Position numbers and translations under genes: made by a program. The notes beneath the pieces were generated by a model. It did not search any database and was not told the origin of the DNA. It saw nothing but the letters and a program-made list of their open reading frames with translations. From Nemertoderma westbladi (Eukaryota > Animalia > Xenacoelomorpha), in the NCBI GenBank assembly GCA_032718475.1, contig JAUCBJ010000044.1:1-64000 (forward strand): DNA of 64,000 nt, written 5' to 3'. This document shows, in pieces, positions 20,068-35,168 of the stretch. Numbering within the stretch: the first letter of the stretch is position 1; each line of letters starts with the position of its first letter.

Positions 20068-23000
20068 GCACCAGCCATCCACAATGGTAGCAATACGCTG
20101 TAGGTATTACACCTGTCGCACCCATCCAACCTGGTAGCAGTACGCGGTAGGTATTACACCCTGTCGCACCCATCCAACATGGTAGCAGTACGCGGTAGGT
20201 ATTACACCTGTCGCACCCATCCAACGTGGTAGCAGTACGCGGTAGGTATTACACCTGTCGCACCCATCCACACATGGTAGCAGTACGCGGTAGGTATTAC
20301 ACCTGTCGCACCCATCCAACATGGTAGCAGTACGCGGTAGGTATTACACCTGTCGCACCCATCCAACATGGTAGCAGTACGCGGTAGGTATTACACCTGT
20401 CGCACCCATCCAACGTGGTAGCAGTACGCGGTAGGTATTACACCTGTCGCACCCATCCAACATGGTAGCAGTACGCGGTAGGTATTACACCTGTCGCACC
20501 CATCCAACATGGTAGCAGTACGCGGTAGGTATTACACCTGTCGCACCCATCCAACATGGTAGCAGTACGCGGTAGGTATTACACCTGTCGCACCCATCCA
20601 ACGTGGTAGCAGTACGCGGTAGGTATTACACCTGTCGCACCCATCCAACATGGTAGCAGTACGCGGTAGGTATTACACCTGTCGCACCCATCCAACATGG
20701 TAGCAGTACGCGGTAGGTATTACACCTGTCGCACCCATCCAACATGGTAGCAGTACGCGGTAGGTATTACACCTGTCGCACCCATCCAACGTGGTAGCAG
20801 TACGCGGTAGGTATTACACCTGTCGCACCCATCCAACATGGTAGCAGTACGCGGTAGGTATTACACCTGTCGCACCCATCCAACGTGGTAGCAGTACGCG
20901 GTAGGTATTACACCTGTCGCACCCATCCAACATGGTAGCAGTACGCGGTAGGTATTACACCTGTCGCACCCATCCAACGTGGTAGCAGTACGCGGTAGGT
21001 ATTACACCTGTCGCACCCATCCAACATGGTAGCAGTACGCGGTAGGTATTACACCTGTCGCACCCATCCAACATGGTAGCAGTACGCGGTAGGTATTACA
21101 CCTGTCGCACCCATCCAACATGGTAGCAGTACGCGGTAGGTATTACACCTGTCGCACCCATCCAACATGGTAGCAGTACGCGGTAGGTATTACACCTGTC
21201 GCACCCATCCAACATGGTAGCAGTACGCGGTAGGTATTACACCTGTCGCACCCATCCAACGTGGTAGCAGTACGCGGTAGGTATTACACCTGTCGCACCC
21301 ATCCAACATGGTAGCAGTACGCGGTAGGTATTACACCTGTCGCACCCATCCACACATGGTAGCAGTACGCGGTAGGTATTACACCTGTCGCACCCATCCA
21401 ACATGGTAGCAGTACGCGGTAGGTATTACACCTGTCGCACCCATCCAACATGGTAGCAGTACGCGGTAGGTATTACACCTGTCGCACCCATCCAACATGG
21501 TAGCAGTACGCGGTAGGTATTACACCTGTCGCACCCATCCAACATGGTAGCAGTACGCGGTAGGTATTACACCTGTCGCACCCATCCAACATGGTAGCAG
21601 TACGCGGTAGGTATTACACCTGTCGCACCCATCCAACATGGTAGCAGTACGCGGTAGGTATTACACCTGTCGCACCCATCCAACATGGTAGCAGTACGCG
21701 GTAGGTATTACACCTGTCGCACCCATCCAACATGGTAGCAGTACGCGGTAGGTATTACACCTGTCGCACCCATCCAACATGGTAGCAGTACGCGGTAGGT
21801 ATTACACCTGTCGCACCCATCCAACATGGTAGCAGTACGCGGTAGGTATTACACCTGTCGCACCCATCCAACGTGGTAGCAGTACGCGGTAGGTATTACA
21901 CCTGTCGCACCCATCCAACATGGTAGCAGTACGCGGTAGGTATTACACCTGTCGCACCCATCCAACATGGTAGCAGTACGCGGTAGGTATTACACCTGTC
22001 GCACCCATCCAACATGGTAGCAGTACGCGGTAGGTATTACACCTGTCGCACCCATCCAACGTGGTAGCAGTACGCGGTAGGTATTACACCTGTCGCACCC
22101 ATCCAACATGGTAGCAGTACGCGGTAGGTATTACACCTGTCGCACACATCAAACATGGTAGCAGTACGCGGTAGGTATTACACCTGTCGCACCCATCCAA
22201 CATGGTAGCAGTACGCGGTAGGTATTACACCTGTCGCACCCATCCAACATGGTAGCAGTACGCGGTAGGTATTACACCTGTCGCACCCATCCAACATGGT
22301 AGCAGTACGCGGTAGGTATTACACCTGTCGCACCCATCCAACATGGTAGCAGTACGCGGTAGGTATTACACCTGTCGCACCCATCCAACATGGTAGCAGT
22401 ACGCGGTAGGTATTACACCTGTCGCACCCATCCACACATGGTAGCAGTACGCGGTAGGTATTACACCTGTCGCACCCATCCAACATGGTAGCAGTACGCG
22501 GTAGGTATTACACCTGTCGCACCCATCCACAATGGTAGCAGTACGCGGTAGGTATTACACCTGTCGCACCCATCCAACATGGTAGCAGTACGCGGTAGGT
22601 ATTACACCTGTCGCACCCATCCAACATGGTAGCAGTACGCGGTAGGTATTACACCTGTCGCACCCATCCAACATGGTAGCAGTACGCGGTAGGTATTACA
22701 CCTGTCGCACCCATCCAACATGGTAGCAGTACGCGGTAGGTATTACACCTGTCGCACCCATCCAACATGGTAGCAGTACGCGGTAGGTATTACACCTGTC
22801 GCACCCATCCAACATGGTAGCAGTACGCGGTAGGTATTACACCTGTCGCACCCATCCACAATGGTAGCAGTACGCGGTAGGTATTACACCTGTCGCACCC
22901 ATCCACAATGGTAGCAGTACGCGGTAGGTATTACACCTGTCGCACACATCAAACATGGTAGCAGTACGCGGTAGGTTTACACCTGTCGCACACATCAAAC

Positions 23001-26000
23001 ATGGTAGCAGTACGCGGTAGGTATTACACCTGTCGCACACATCAAACATGGTAGCAGTACGCGGTAGGTATTACACCAGTCGCATCCATCCAACATGGTA
23101 GCAGTACGCGGTAGGTATTACACCTGTCGCACACATCCAACATGGTAGCAGTACGCGGTAGGTATTACACCTGTCGCACACATCCAACATGGTAGCAGTA
23201 CGCGGTAGGTATTACTTACACCTGTCACACACATCCAACATGGTAGCAGTACGCGGTAGGTATTACACCAGTCGCACCCATCCAACATGGTAGCAGTACG
23301 CGGAAGGTATTACACCTGTCGCACCCATCCACAATGGTAGCAGTACACGGTAGGTATTACACCTGTCGCGCACATCAAACGTGGTAGCAGTACGCGGTAG
23401 GTATTACACCTGTCGCACCCATCCACAATGGTAGCAGTACGCGGTAGGTATTACACCTGTCGCACACATCAAACGTGGTAGCAGTACGCGGTAGGTATTA
23501 CACCTGTCGCACCCATCCAACGTGGTAGCAGTACGCGGTAGGTATTACACCTGTCGCACCCATCCAACATGGTAGCAGTACGCGGTAGGTATTACACCTG
23601 TCGCACCCATCCAACATGGTAGCAGTACGCGGTAGGTATTACACCTGTCGCACCCATCCAACGTGGTAGCAGTACGCGGTAGGTATTACACCTGTCGCAC
23701 CCATCCAACATGGTAGCAGTACGCGGTAGGTATTACACCTGTCGCACACATCAAACGTGGTAGCAGTACGCGGTGGGTATTACACCTGTCGCACCCATCC
23801 AACGTGGTAGCAGTACGCGGTAGGTATTACACCTGTCGCACCCATCCAACATGGTAGCAGTACGCGGTAGGTATTACACCTGTCGCACCCATCCAACATG
23901 GTAGCAGTACACGGTAGGTATTACACCTGTCGCACCCATCCAACATGGTAGCAGTACGCGGTAGGTATTACACCTGTCGCACCCATCCAACATGGTAGCA
24001 GTACGCGATAGGAATTACACCTGTCGCACCCATCCAACATGGTAGCACTACGCGGTAGGTATTACACCTGTCGCACCCATCCAACATGGTAGCAGTACGC
24101 GGTTGGTATTCCACCTGTCGCACCCATCCACAATGGTAGCAGTTCGCGGTAGGTATTACACCTGTCGCACCCATCCAACATGGTAGCAGTACGCGGTAGG
24201 TATTACACCTGTCGCACCCATCCAACATGGTAGCAGTACGCGGTAGGTATTACACCTGTCGCACCCATCCAACATGGTAGCAGTACGCGGTAGGTATTAC
24301 ACCTGTCGCACCCATCCAACATGGTAGCAGTACGCGGTAGGTATTACACCTGTCGCACCCATCCAACATGGTAGCAGTACGCGGTAGGTATTACACCTGT
24401 CGCACCCATCCAACATGGTAGCAGTACGCGGTAGGTATTACACCTGTCGCACCCATCCAACATGGTAGCAGTACGCGGTAGGTATTACACCTGTCGCACC
24501 CATCCACAATGGTAGCAGTACGCGGTAGGTATTACACCTGTCGCACCCATCCACAATGGTAGCAGTACGCGGTAGGTATTACACCTGTCGCACACATCAA
24601 ACATGGTAGCAGTACGCGGTAGGTTTACACCTGTCGCACACATCAAACATGGTAGCAGTACGCGGTAGGTATTACACCTGTCGCACACATCAAACATGGT
24701 AGCAGTACGCGGTAGGTATTACACCAGTCGCATCCATCCAACATGGTAGCAGTACGCGGTAGGTATTACACCTGTCGCACACATCCAACATGGTAGCAGT
24801 ACGCGGTAGGTATTACACCTGTCGCACACATCCAACATGGTAGCAGTACGCGGTAGGTATTACTTACACCTGTCACACACATCCAACATGGTAGCAGTAC
24901 GCGGTAGGTATTACACCAGTCGCACCCATCCAACGTGGTAGCAGTACGCTGTAGGTATTACATCTGTCGCACCCATCCACAATGGTAGCAGTACACGGTA
25001 GGTATTACACCTGTCGCGCACATCAAACGTGGTATCAGTACGCGGAAGGTATTACACCTGTCGCACCCATCCACAATGGTAGCAGTACACGGTAGGTATT
25101 ACACCTGTCGCGCACATCAAACGTGGTAGCAGTACGCGGTAGGTGTTACACCTGTCGCACCCATCCACAATGGTAGCAGTACGCGGTAGGTATTACACCT
25201 GTCGCACACATCAAACGTGGTAGCAGTACGCGGTAGGTATTACACCTGTCGCACCCATCCAACGTGGTAGCAGTACGCGGTAGGTATTACACCTGTCGCA
25301 CCCATCCAACATGGTAGCAGTACGCGGTAGGTATTACACCTGTCGCACCCATCCAACATGGTAGCAGTACGCGGTAGGTATTACACCTGTCGCACCCATC
25401 CAACATGGTAGCAGTACGCGGTAGGTATTACACCTGTCGCACCCATCCAACATGGTATCAGTACGCGGAAGGTATTACACCTGTCGCACCCATCCACAAT
25501 GGTAGCAGTACGCGGTAGGTATTACACCTGTCGCACCCATCCAACATGGTAGCAGTACGCGGTAGGTATCACACCTGTCGCACCCATCCAACATGGTATC
25601 AGTACGCGGAAGGTATTACACCTGTCGCACCCATCCACAATGGTAGCAGTACACGGTAGGTATTACATCTGTCGCACCCATCCAACATGGTATCAGTACG
25701 CGGAAGGTATTACACCTGTCGCACCCATCCACAATGGTAGCAGTACACGGTAGGTATTACACCTGTCGCGCACATCAAACGTGGTAGCAGTACGCGGTAG
25801 GTGTTACACCTGTCGCACCCATCCACAATGGTAGCAGTACGCGGTAGGTATTACACCTGTCGCACACATCAAACGTGGTAGCAGTACGCGGTAGGTATTA
25901 CACCTGTCGCACCCATCCAACGTGGTAGCAGTACGCGGTAGGTATTACACCTGTCGCACCCATCCAACATGGTAGCAGTACGCGGTAGGTATTACACCTG

Positions 26001-26846
26001 TCGCACCCATCCAACATGGTAGCAGTACGCGGTAGGTATTACACCTGTCGCACCCATCCAACATGGTAGCAGTACGCGGTAGGTATTACACCTGTCGCAC
26101 CCATCCAACGTGGTAGCAGTACGCGGTAGGTATTACACCTGTCGCACCCATCCAACATGGTAGCAGTACGCGGTAGGTATTACACCTGTCGCACACATCA
26201 AACGTGGTAGCAGTACGCGGTGGGTATTACACCTGTCGCACCCATCCAACGTGGTAGCAGTACGCGGTAGGTATTACACCTGTCGCACCCATCCAACATG
26301 GTAGCAGTACGCGGTAGGTATTACACCTGTCGCACCCATCCAACATGGTAGCAGTACACGGTAGGTATTACACCTGTCGCACCCATCCAACATGGTAGCA
26401 GTACGCGGTAGGTATTACACCTGTCGCACCCATCCAACATGGTAGCAGTACGCGATAGGAATTACACCTGTCGCACCCATCCAACATGGTAGCACTACGC
26501 GGTAGGTATTACACCTGTCGCACCCATCCAACATGGTAGCAGTACGCGGTTGGTATTCCACCTGTCGCACCCATCCACAATGGTAGCAGTTCGCGGTAGG
26601 TATTACACCTGTCGCACCCATCCAACATGGTAGCAGTACGCGGTAGGTATTACACCTGTCGCACCCATCCAACATGGTAGCAGTACGCGGTAGGTATTAC
26701 ACCTGTCGCACCCATCCAACATGGTAGCAGTACGCGGTAGGTATTACACCTGTCGCACCCATCCAACATGGTAGCAGTACGCGGTAGGTATTACACCTGT
26801 CGCACCCATCCAACAAGGTAGCAGTACGCGGCAGGTATTACACCTG
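20068..26846. repeat. Satellite 1: 47-bp unit ACACCTGTCGCACCCATCCAACATGGTAGCAGTACGCGGTAGGTATT, ~144 copies
   Basis: Head-to-tail units with no spacers. The short ORFs predicted here are translations of the repeat. Confidence 0.98.
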
Positions 26847-27507
26847 AATCTCCCCTGGAGATGGACTAAATGAAAAGTAATCACCGGCGTACTCCATAAG
26901 TGTCTCAAGGGAGATTCGGAATTGCTCGAAATCCGGCCGTTTCTCTGGGTCGTTTTTCCAACATGCGATCATTATTGCGTATCTAATGAGAATAAATAAC
27001 CGTAAAATGATTAAATGCGGAATCTAATAGAAATAAAGTAATAATAATATATTATATACACCCCCGCGCGGGGTAAATTTGAGTATTAAAGTAATGCAGT
27101 ATAAATTATTTCTATATATTGATATAAGAATTCCGAAACATTTGGCATATAATAAACACGACACGGTTATCAGTACTATTATCACTGAAATGAAACCTCA
27201 GCAGAAAAAAGATAACTAACTAAAAAATAAAACTCATTTTTGGAACGGGATCCCGAAGTAAAAATAGTTAGCAAATTTCTTGAATTTCCGATTGATATTT
27301 GAACCAGAACTTATACGTATTGACCATATTGAATTGTCGGATTACGGGATGTCACTAAATCATCTAGTAATCAACTATAATAAAATTATAATATAATTTT
27401 ATCTCACTAATATTTCAGCAGTGTGAAATAAAGTGATATAATTTTAATTTTAATTAACAGAGCAATAAATACTGAAAACATTAACAAAATTTTATTCAAA
27501 ATTGTAT

Positions 27508-27634
27508 TCCCGATCCCGAAAATCGGGATCCCGAGAGTGGCAATCCCGGTCCCGATCCCGAAAATCGGGATCCCGAGAGTGATATTCCCGGTCCCGATCC
27601 CGGAAATCCCGGTAAGTCTGATCCCGCTAAACAC
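27508..27634. repeat. GGGATCCCG / CCCGATCCCG repeat cluster, possible MITE terminus
   Basis: ~42-bp unit (cccgatcccgaaaatcgggatcccgagagtg) twice plus partials, ending in ...AAACACTA (TAGTGTTT on minus). No partner terminus identified. Confidence 0.45.
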
Positions 27635-29559
27635 TACTTGGAACAAATAAAAATCTTAAGAGACAAAATCTGGCAAAATAATACAATTTAGTTGAGAAAT
27701 AATGGAGATATGGCTGTTCGAAAGTGGCTGTTTTGTTTACAAACATATGACAAAACTCTGCAAATAAATTATTTTCTAGAATAATCTGTTGTAATTAAAT
27801 ATCCTGATCCGAAGAGGGAAACATAGTAATGTGCGACTTGTTTTATTTTACACGTACGGTTGTACGATAACTTAGGATATTGTACAGACGGGTTAGCTAC
27901 TCACAGTTCGTTGGAACATGTGTCTGGTTGCGATAACCTGAAACCATGTTTTAGAGCGTGGATGACCTCCGAGTTAGATAAGTCTGGGTAGGGAGTCTCA
28001 CCCAATGTCGTTAGTTCGTAAAGGGTGATACCAAAACTCCATCTAAAATAAAAATAGTTTGTAATGCCAAATACCAAAACTCCCTCTAAAATAAAAATAG
28101 TTTGCAGAGATCAAAACTGCATCTAAAATAAAAATAGTTTGTGGAGATAGATAACAAAACTCCATCTAAAATAATAGTTTGTGATGCTAGATACCAAAAC
28201 TCCATCTAAAATAAAAATAGTTTGTAGAGATCAAAACTGCATCTAAAATAAAAATAGTTTGTGGAGATAGATACCAAAACTCCATCTAAAATAAAAATAA
28301 TTTGTAGAGATAGATACCAAAACTCCGTCTAAAAAAAATAGTTCATAGAGATAGATACCAAAACTCATCTAAAATAAAAATAGTTTCTTGAGATAGATAC
28401 CAAAACTCCGTCTACAATAAAAATAGTTTATAGAGATAGATACCAAAACTCCATCTAAAATAAAAATAGTTTGTAGGGATAGATACCAAAACTCCGTCTA
28501 AAATAAAAATAGTTTATAGAGATAGATACCAAAACTCATCTAAAATAAAAATAGTTTGTAGAGATAGATACCAAAACTCCGTCTAAAATAAAAATAGTTT
28601 ATAGAGATAGATACCCAAACTCATCTAAAATAAAAATAGTTTGTAGAGATAGATACCAAAACTCCATCTAAAATAAAAATAGTTTGTAGAGATAGATACC
28701 AAAACTCCATCTAAAATATAAATAGTTTGTAGAGATAGATACTAAAACTACATCTAAAATAAAAATAGTTTATAGAGATAGATACCAAAACTCCATCTAA
28801 AATATAAATAGTTTGTAGAGATAGATAACAAAACTCCATCTAAAATATAAATAGTTTGTAGAGATAGATACCAAAACTCCATCTAAAATATAAATAGTTA
28901 GAAGAGATAGATACCAAAACTCCATCTAAAATAAAAATAGTTTGTAGAGATAGATACCAAAACTCCATCTAAAATATAAATAGTTTGTAGAGATAGATAC
29001 CAAAACTCCATCTAAAATATAAATAGTTAGTAGAGATAGATACCAAAACTCCATCTAAAATAAAAATAGTTTATAGAGATAGATACCAAAACTCCATCTA
29101 AAATATAAATAGTTTGTAGAGATAGATACCAAAACTCCATCTAAAATATAAATAGTTAGTAGAGATAGATACCAAAACTCCATCTAAAATAAAAATAGTT
29201 TGTAGAGATAGATACCAAAACTCCATCTAAAATAAAAATAGTTTGTAGAGATAGATACCAAAACTCCATCTAAAATAAAAATAGTTTGTAATGCTAGATA
29301 CCAAAACCCTATCTAAAATAAAAATAGTTAGTAGAGATAGATACCAAAACTCCATCTAAAATAAAAATAGTTTGTAGAGATAGATACCAAAACTCTATCT
29401 AAAATAAAAATAGTTAGTAGAGATAGATACCAAAACTCCATCTAAAATAATAGTTTGTAATGCTAGATACCAAAACTCAATCTAAAATAAAAACAGTTTG
29501 TAATGCTAGATACCAAAACTCCATCTAAAATAAAAATAGTTAGTAGAGATAGATACCAA

Positions 29560-30674
29560 TAAAGAGGAGTTCAAGGATTCACTCTGTCTTCGCTATGGCT
29601 GTTTACCCCAGTCGCTCCAGGCTCGTTGCGCCTGTGGGACACGATTTTCCGTTAATCATGTCCTGTCGTGCCCCACTGGTGGTTATCCGTCAATCCGGCA
29701 CAACGAGATTCGGGATTTCGTCGCATCAACCCTGACCGAGGTCTCCCAGAACGTCTCGATTGAACCCCGATTGCAGCCTATCTTTGGTGAGCAGTTCGAG
29801 AGGCGTTCAACAACAGAGGACCAGGAGGCGCAGCTGGACGTGGCGATGTCTGGGTTTTGGGGATCGAGATTCCAGAGAACCTTTTTGGACGTCTCGGTTT
29901 TCAATCCTCTCGCTCTGACCAATGCAGCAATGACACTAGAGGGCGCCCATCTCCATCATGAGGCGCGGAAGCGGGGTCGGTATGAAGAACGAGTCAGGGA
30001 AGTTGAGCTGGCGACCTTCACACCACTGATCATGTCTGATTTCGGGGGAATCTCACCATCCACGGCGCAGTTCTTCAAATACCTTGCTGTTCTGTTGGCG
30101 GATAAGCGAGAGATCAGCTACACAGAGTGTGTTACCTGGATCCGACGACACATCAGTTTTCTGCTGGTTCGGGCTGCCCACATGTGCCTGCGCGGGTCAA
30201 GGTCATCACGCCACCGGCCAGTTCAAAACGCCAACCTGGGAGAAATCTCCATCCGGCTCACAAACAAAGGGGCGGCCATCGGAGGCAGCGGGGTGAAATG
30301 CGGGGTTGAGCTGCTGTGGATTATCGGTGCTAAGTAGATAGTCTAAGACGATGGGTTCCTCCGTTGTCGGGTCAGCAACTCTGTCAACCTCTGCGGTACG
30401 AGCGCCGGCGACGTCCACATCATCACCTGCTCCGGGAAGCCTGGCCGTTATGTCGTTGAGTTAAAAGGAATCAGCGAATATCTTACTCTTTGTGAAGTCG
30501 ATGTCTTTCCCTTATATAGACGAAGAACAACGAATTACAGCAACAGTAGCCGAGACTGTAGATCTAACTTATAATGTTAATATCAAAGTTTCTGTTCGTG
30601 GCATACTTTCACCTACAATTATATGTAAAATATTCAAACGCTCAACTAAATAATAATTCAGTTACAGTTTCATT
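29560..30674 (+). mobile_element. 5'-truncated non-LTR retrotransposon with restriction-like endonuclease (CRE-like clade)
   Basis: Open frame to 30337: EFKDSLCLRYG, CACGTRFSVNHVLSC (CCHC), RHNEIRD, LDV...FLDVSV, HEARKRGRY, FTPLIMSDFGG. Satellite register overlaps by 16 bp (TAGAGATAGATACCAA at 29544-29559 and 30675-30690), consistent with a TSD. Confidence 0.9.
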
Positions 30675-33600
30675 TAGAGATAGATACCAAAACTCCATCT
30701 AAAATAATAGTTTGTAATGCTAGATACCAAAACTCCATCTACAATAAAAATAGTTTGTAGAGATAGATACCAAAACCCCATCTAAAAAAAATAGTTTATA
30801 GAGATAGATACCAAAACTCATCTAAAATAAAAATAGTTTCTTGAGATAGATACCAAAACTCATCTAAAATAAAAATAGTTTATAGAGATAGATACCAAAA
30901 CTCATCTAAAATAAAAATAGTTTAGAGAGATAGATACCAAAACTCCATCTAAAATATAAATAGTTTGTAGAGATAGATACCAAAACTCATCTAAAATATA
31001 AATAGTTTGTAGAGATAGATACCAAAACTCCATCTAAAATAATAGTTTGTAATGCTAGATACCAAAACTCCATCTAAAATAAAAATAGTTTGTAATGCTA
31101 GATACCAAAACTCCATCTAAAATAAAAATAGTTAGTAGAGATAGATACCAAAACTCCATCTAAAATAAAAATAGTTTGTAGAGATAGATACCAAAACTCC
31201 ATCCAAAATAAAAATAGTTTGTAATGCTAGATACCAAAACTCCGTCTAAAATAAAAATAGTTTATAGAGATAGATAACAAAACTCCATCTAAAATAAAAA
31301 TAGTTTGTAGAGATAGATACCAAAACTCTATCTAAAATAAAAATAGTTTGCAATGCTAGATACCAAAACTCCATCTAAAATAAAAATAGTTAGTAGAGAT
31401 AGATACCAAAACTCCATCTATAATAATAGTTTCTAATGCTAGATACCAAAACTCCATCTAAAATAAAAATAGTTTGTAATGCTAGATACCAAAACTCCAT
31501 CTAAAATAAAAATAGTTTGTAGAGATAGATACCAAAACTCAATCTAAAATAAAAATAGTTTGTAGAGATAGATACCAAAACTCCATCTAAAATAAAAATA
31601 GTTTGTAGAGATAAATACCAAAACTCCATCTAAAATAATAGTTTATAATGCTAGATACCAAAACTCCGTCTAAAATAAAAATAGTTTATAGAGATAGATA
31701 CCAAAACTCCATCTAGAATAAAAATAGTTTGTTGAGATAGATACCAAAACTCTATCTAAAATAAAAATAGTTTTTAGAGATAGATACCAAAACTCCATCA
31801 AGAATAAAAAAAGTTTGTAGAGATAGATACCTAAAACTCCATCTAGAATAAAAATAGTTTGTAGAGATAGATACCAAAACTCCATCTAAAATAAAAATAC
31901 TTTGTAGAGATAGATACCAAAACTCCATCTAAAATAAAAATACTTTGTAATGCTAGATACCAAAACTCCATCTAAAATAAAAATAGTTAATAGAGATAGA
32001 TACCAAAACTCCATCTAAAATAAAAATAGTTAGTAGAGATAGATACCAAAACTCCATCTAAAATAAAAATAGTTTGTAGAGATAGACACCAAAACTCCAT
32101 CTAAAATAAAAATACTTTGTAATGCTAGATACCAAAACTCCATCTAAAATAAAAATAGTTTATAGAGATAGATACCAAAACTCCATCTAAAATAAAAATA
32201 GTTTATAGAGATAGATACCAAACTCAATCTAAAATAAAAATAGTTTGCAATGCTAGATACCAAAACTTCGTCTAAAATAAAAATAGTTTGTAATGCTAGA
32301 TACCAAAACTCCATCTAAAATAAAAATAGTTTATAGAGATAGATACCAAAACTCCATCTAAAATAAAAATAGTTTGTAGAGATAGACACCAAAACTCCAT
32401 CTAAAATAAAAATACTTTGTAATGCTAGATACCAAAACTCCATCTAAAATAAAAATAGTTTATAGAGATAGATACCAAAACTCTATCTAAAATAAAAATA
32501 GTTTATAGAGATAGAAACCAAAACTCAATCTAAAATAAAAATAGTTTGCAATGCTAGATACCAAAACTTCGTCTAAAATAAAAATAGTTTGTAATGCTAG
32601 ATACCAAAACTCCATCTAAAATAAAAATAGTTTGTAGAGATAGATACCAAAACTCCATCTAAAATAAAAATAGTTTGTAGAGATAGATACCAAAACTCCA
32701 TCTAAAATAAAAATAGTTTGTAGTGATAGATACCAAAACTCCATCTAAAATAAAAATAGTTTATAGAGACAGATACCAAAACTCCATCTAAAATAAAAAT
32801 AGTTTATAGAGATAGATACCAAAACTCAATCTAAAATAAAAATAGTTTGCAATGCTAGATACCAAAACTTCATCAAAAATAAAAATAGTTTGTAGAGATA
32901 GTTACCAAAACTCCATCTAAAATAAAAATAGTTTATAGAGATAGATACCAAAACTCCATTTAAAATAAAAATAGTTTATAGAGATAGATAACAAAACTCC
33001 ATCTAAAATAAAAATAGTTTGTAGAGATAGATACCAAAACTCCATCTAAAATAAAAATAGTTTGTAGAGATAGATACCAAAACTCCATCTAAAATAAAAA
33101 TAGTTTGTAGAGATAGATACCAAAACTCCATCTAAAAAAAATAGTTTATAGAGATAGATACCAAAACTCCATCTAAAATAAAAATAGTTAGTAGAGATAG
33201 ATACCAAAACTCCATCTAAAATAAAAATAGTTAGTAGAGATAGATACCAAAACTCCATCTAAAAAAAATAGTTTATAGAGATAGATACCAAAACTCCATC
33301 TAAAATAAAAATAGTTTGTAGAGATAGATACCAAAACTCCATCTAAAATAAAAATAGTTTGTAGAGATAGATACCAAAACTCCATCTAAAATAAAAATAG
33401 TTTGTAGAGATAGATACCAAAACTCCATCTAAAATAAAAATAGTTTATAGAGATAGATACCAAAACTCCATCTAAAATAAAAATAGTTTATAGAGATAGA
33501 TACCAAAACTCAATCTAAAATAAAAATAGTTTGCAATGCTAGATACCAAAACTCCATCTAAAATAAAAATAGTTTGTAGAGATAGATACCAAAACTCCAT

Positions 33601-35168
33601 CTAAAATAAAAATAGTTTGTAGAGATAGATACCAAAACTCCATCTAAAATAAAAATAGTTTGTAGAGATAGATACCAAAACTCCATCTAAAATAAAAATA
33701 GTTTGTAGAGATAGATACCAAAACTCCATCTAAAATAAAAATAGTTTTTAGAGATAGATACCAAAACTCTATCTAGAATAAAAATAGTTTGTAGAGATAG
33801 ATACCTAAAACTCCATCTAAAATATAAATAGTTTGTAGAGATAGATACCAAAACTCCATCTAAAATAAAAATAGTTTGTAGAGATAGATACCAAAACTCC
33901 ATCTAAAATAAAAATAGTTTGTAGAGATAGATACCAAAACTCCATCTAAAATAAAAATACTTTATAGAGATAGATACCAAAACTCCATCTAAAATAAAAA
34001 TACTCTTGTAATGCTAGATACCAAAACTCCATCGAAAATAAAAATAGTTAGTAGAGATAGATACCAAAACTCCATCTAAAATAAAAATAGTTTGTAGAGA
34101 TAGATACCAAAACTCCATCTAGAATAAAAATAGTTTATAGAGATAGATACCAAAACTCCATCTAAAATAAAAATAGTTTGTAGAGACAGATACCAAAACT
34201 CCATCTAAAATAAAATACTTTGTAATGCTAGATACCAAAACTCCATCTAAAATAAAAACAGTTTATAGAGATAGATACCAAAACTCCATCTAAAATAAAA
34301 ATAGTTTATAGAGATAGATACCAAAACTCAATCTAAGATAAAAATAGTTTGCAATGCTAGATACCAAAACTTCGTCTAAAATAAAAATAGTTTGTAATGC
34401 TAGATACCAAAACTCCATCTAAAATAAAAATAGTTTATAGAAATAGATACCAAAACTCCATCTAAAATAAAAATAGTTTATAGAGATAGATACCAAAACT
34501 CAATCTAAAATAAAAATAGTTTGCAATGCTAGATACCAAAACTCCATCTAAAATAAAAATAGTTTGTAGAGATAGATACCAAAACTCCATCTAAAATAAA
34601 AATAGTTTGTAGAGATAGATACCAAAACTCCATCTAAAATAAAAATAGTTTGTAGAGATAGATACCAAAACTCCATCTAAAATAAAAATAGTTTGTAGAG
34701 ATAGATACCAAAACTCCATCTAAAATAAAAATAGTTTGTAGAGATAGATACCAAAACTCCATCTAAAATAAAAATAGTTTGTAGAGATAGATACCAAAAC
34801 TCCATCTAAAATAAAAATAGTTTGTAGAGATAGATACCAAAACTCCATCTAAAATATAAATAGTTTGTAGAGATAGATACCAAAACTCAATCTAAAATAA
34901 ACATAGTTTGCAATGCTAGATACCAAAACTCCATCTAAAATAAAAATAGTTAGTAGAGATAGATACCAAAACTCCATCTAAAATAAAAATAGTTTGTAGA
35001 GATAGATACCAAAACTCCATCTAAAATAAAAATAGTTTGTAGAGATAGATACCAAAACTCCATCAAAATAAAAATAGTTTGTAGAGATAGATACCAAAAC
35101 TCCATCTAAAATAAAAATAGTTTGTAGAGATAGATACCAAAACTCCATCTAAAATAAAAATAGTTTAT

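Noticed and set aside
20068-26846. CRISPR array
   Set aside because: Units are contiguous with no unique spacers, there are no cas genes, and the context is eukaryotic.
20107-33902. Short ORFs in the two satellites (MLDGCDRCN..., MEFWYLSL...)
   Set aside because: They are translations of tandem repeats opened by single-base variants.
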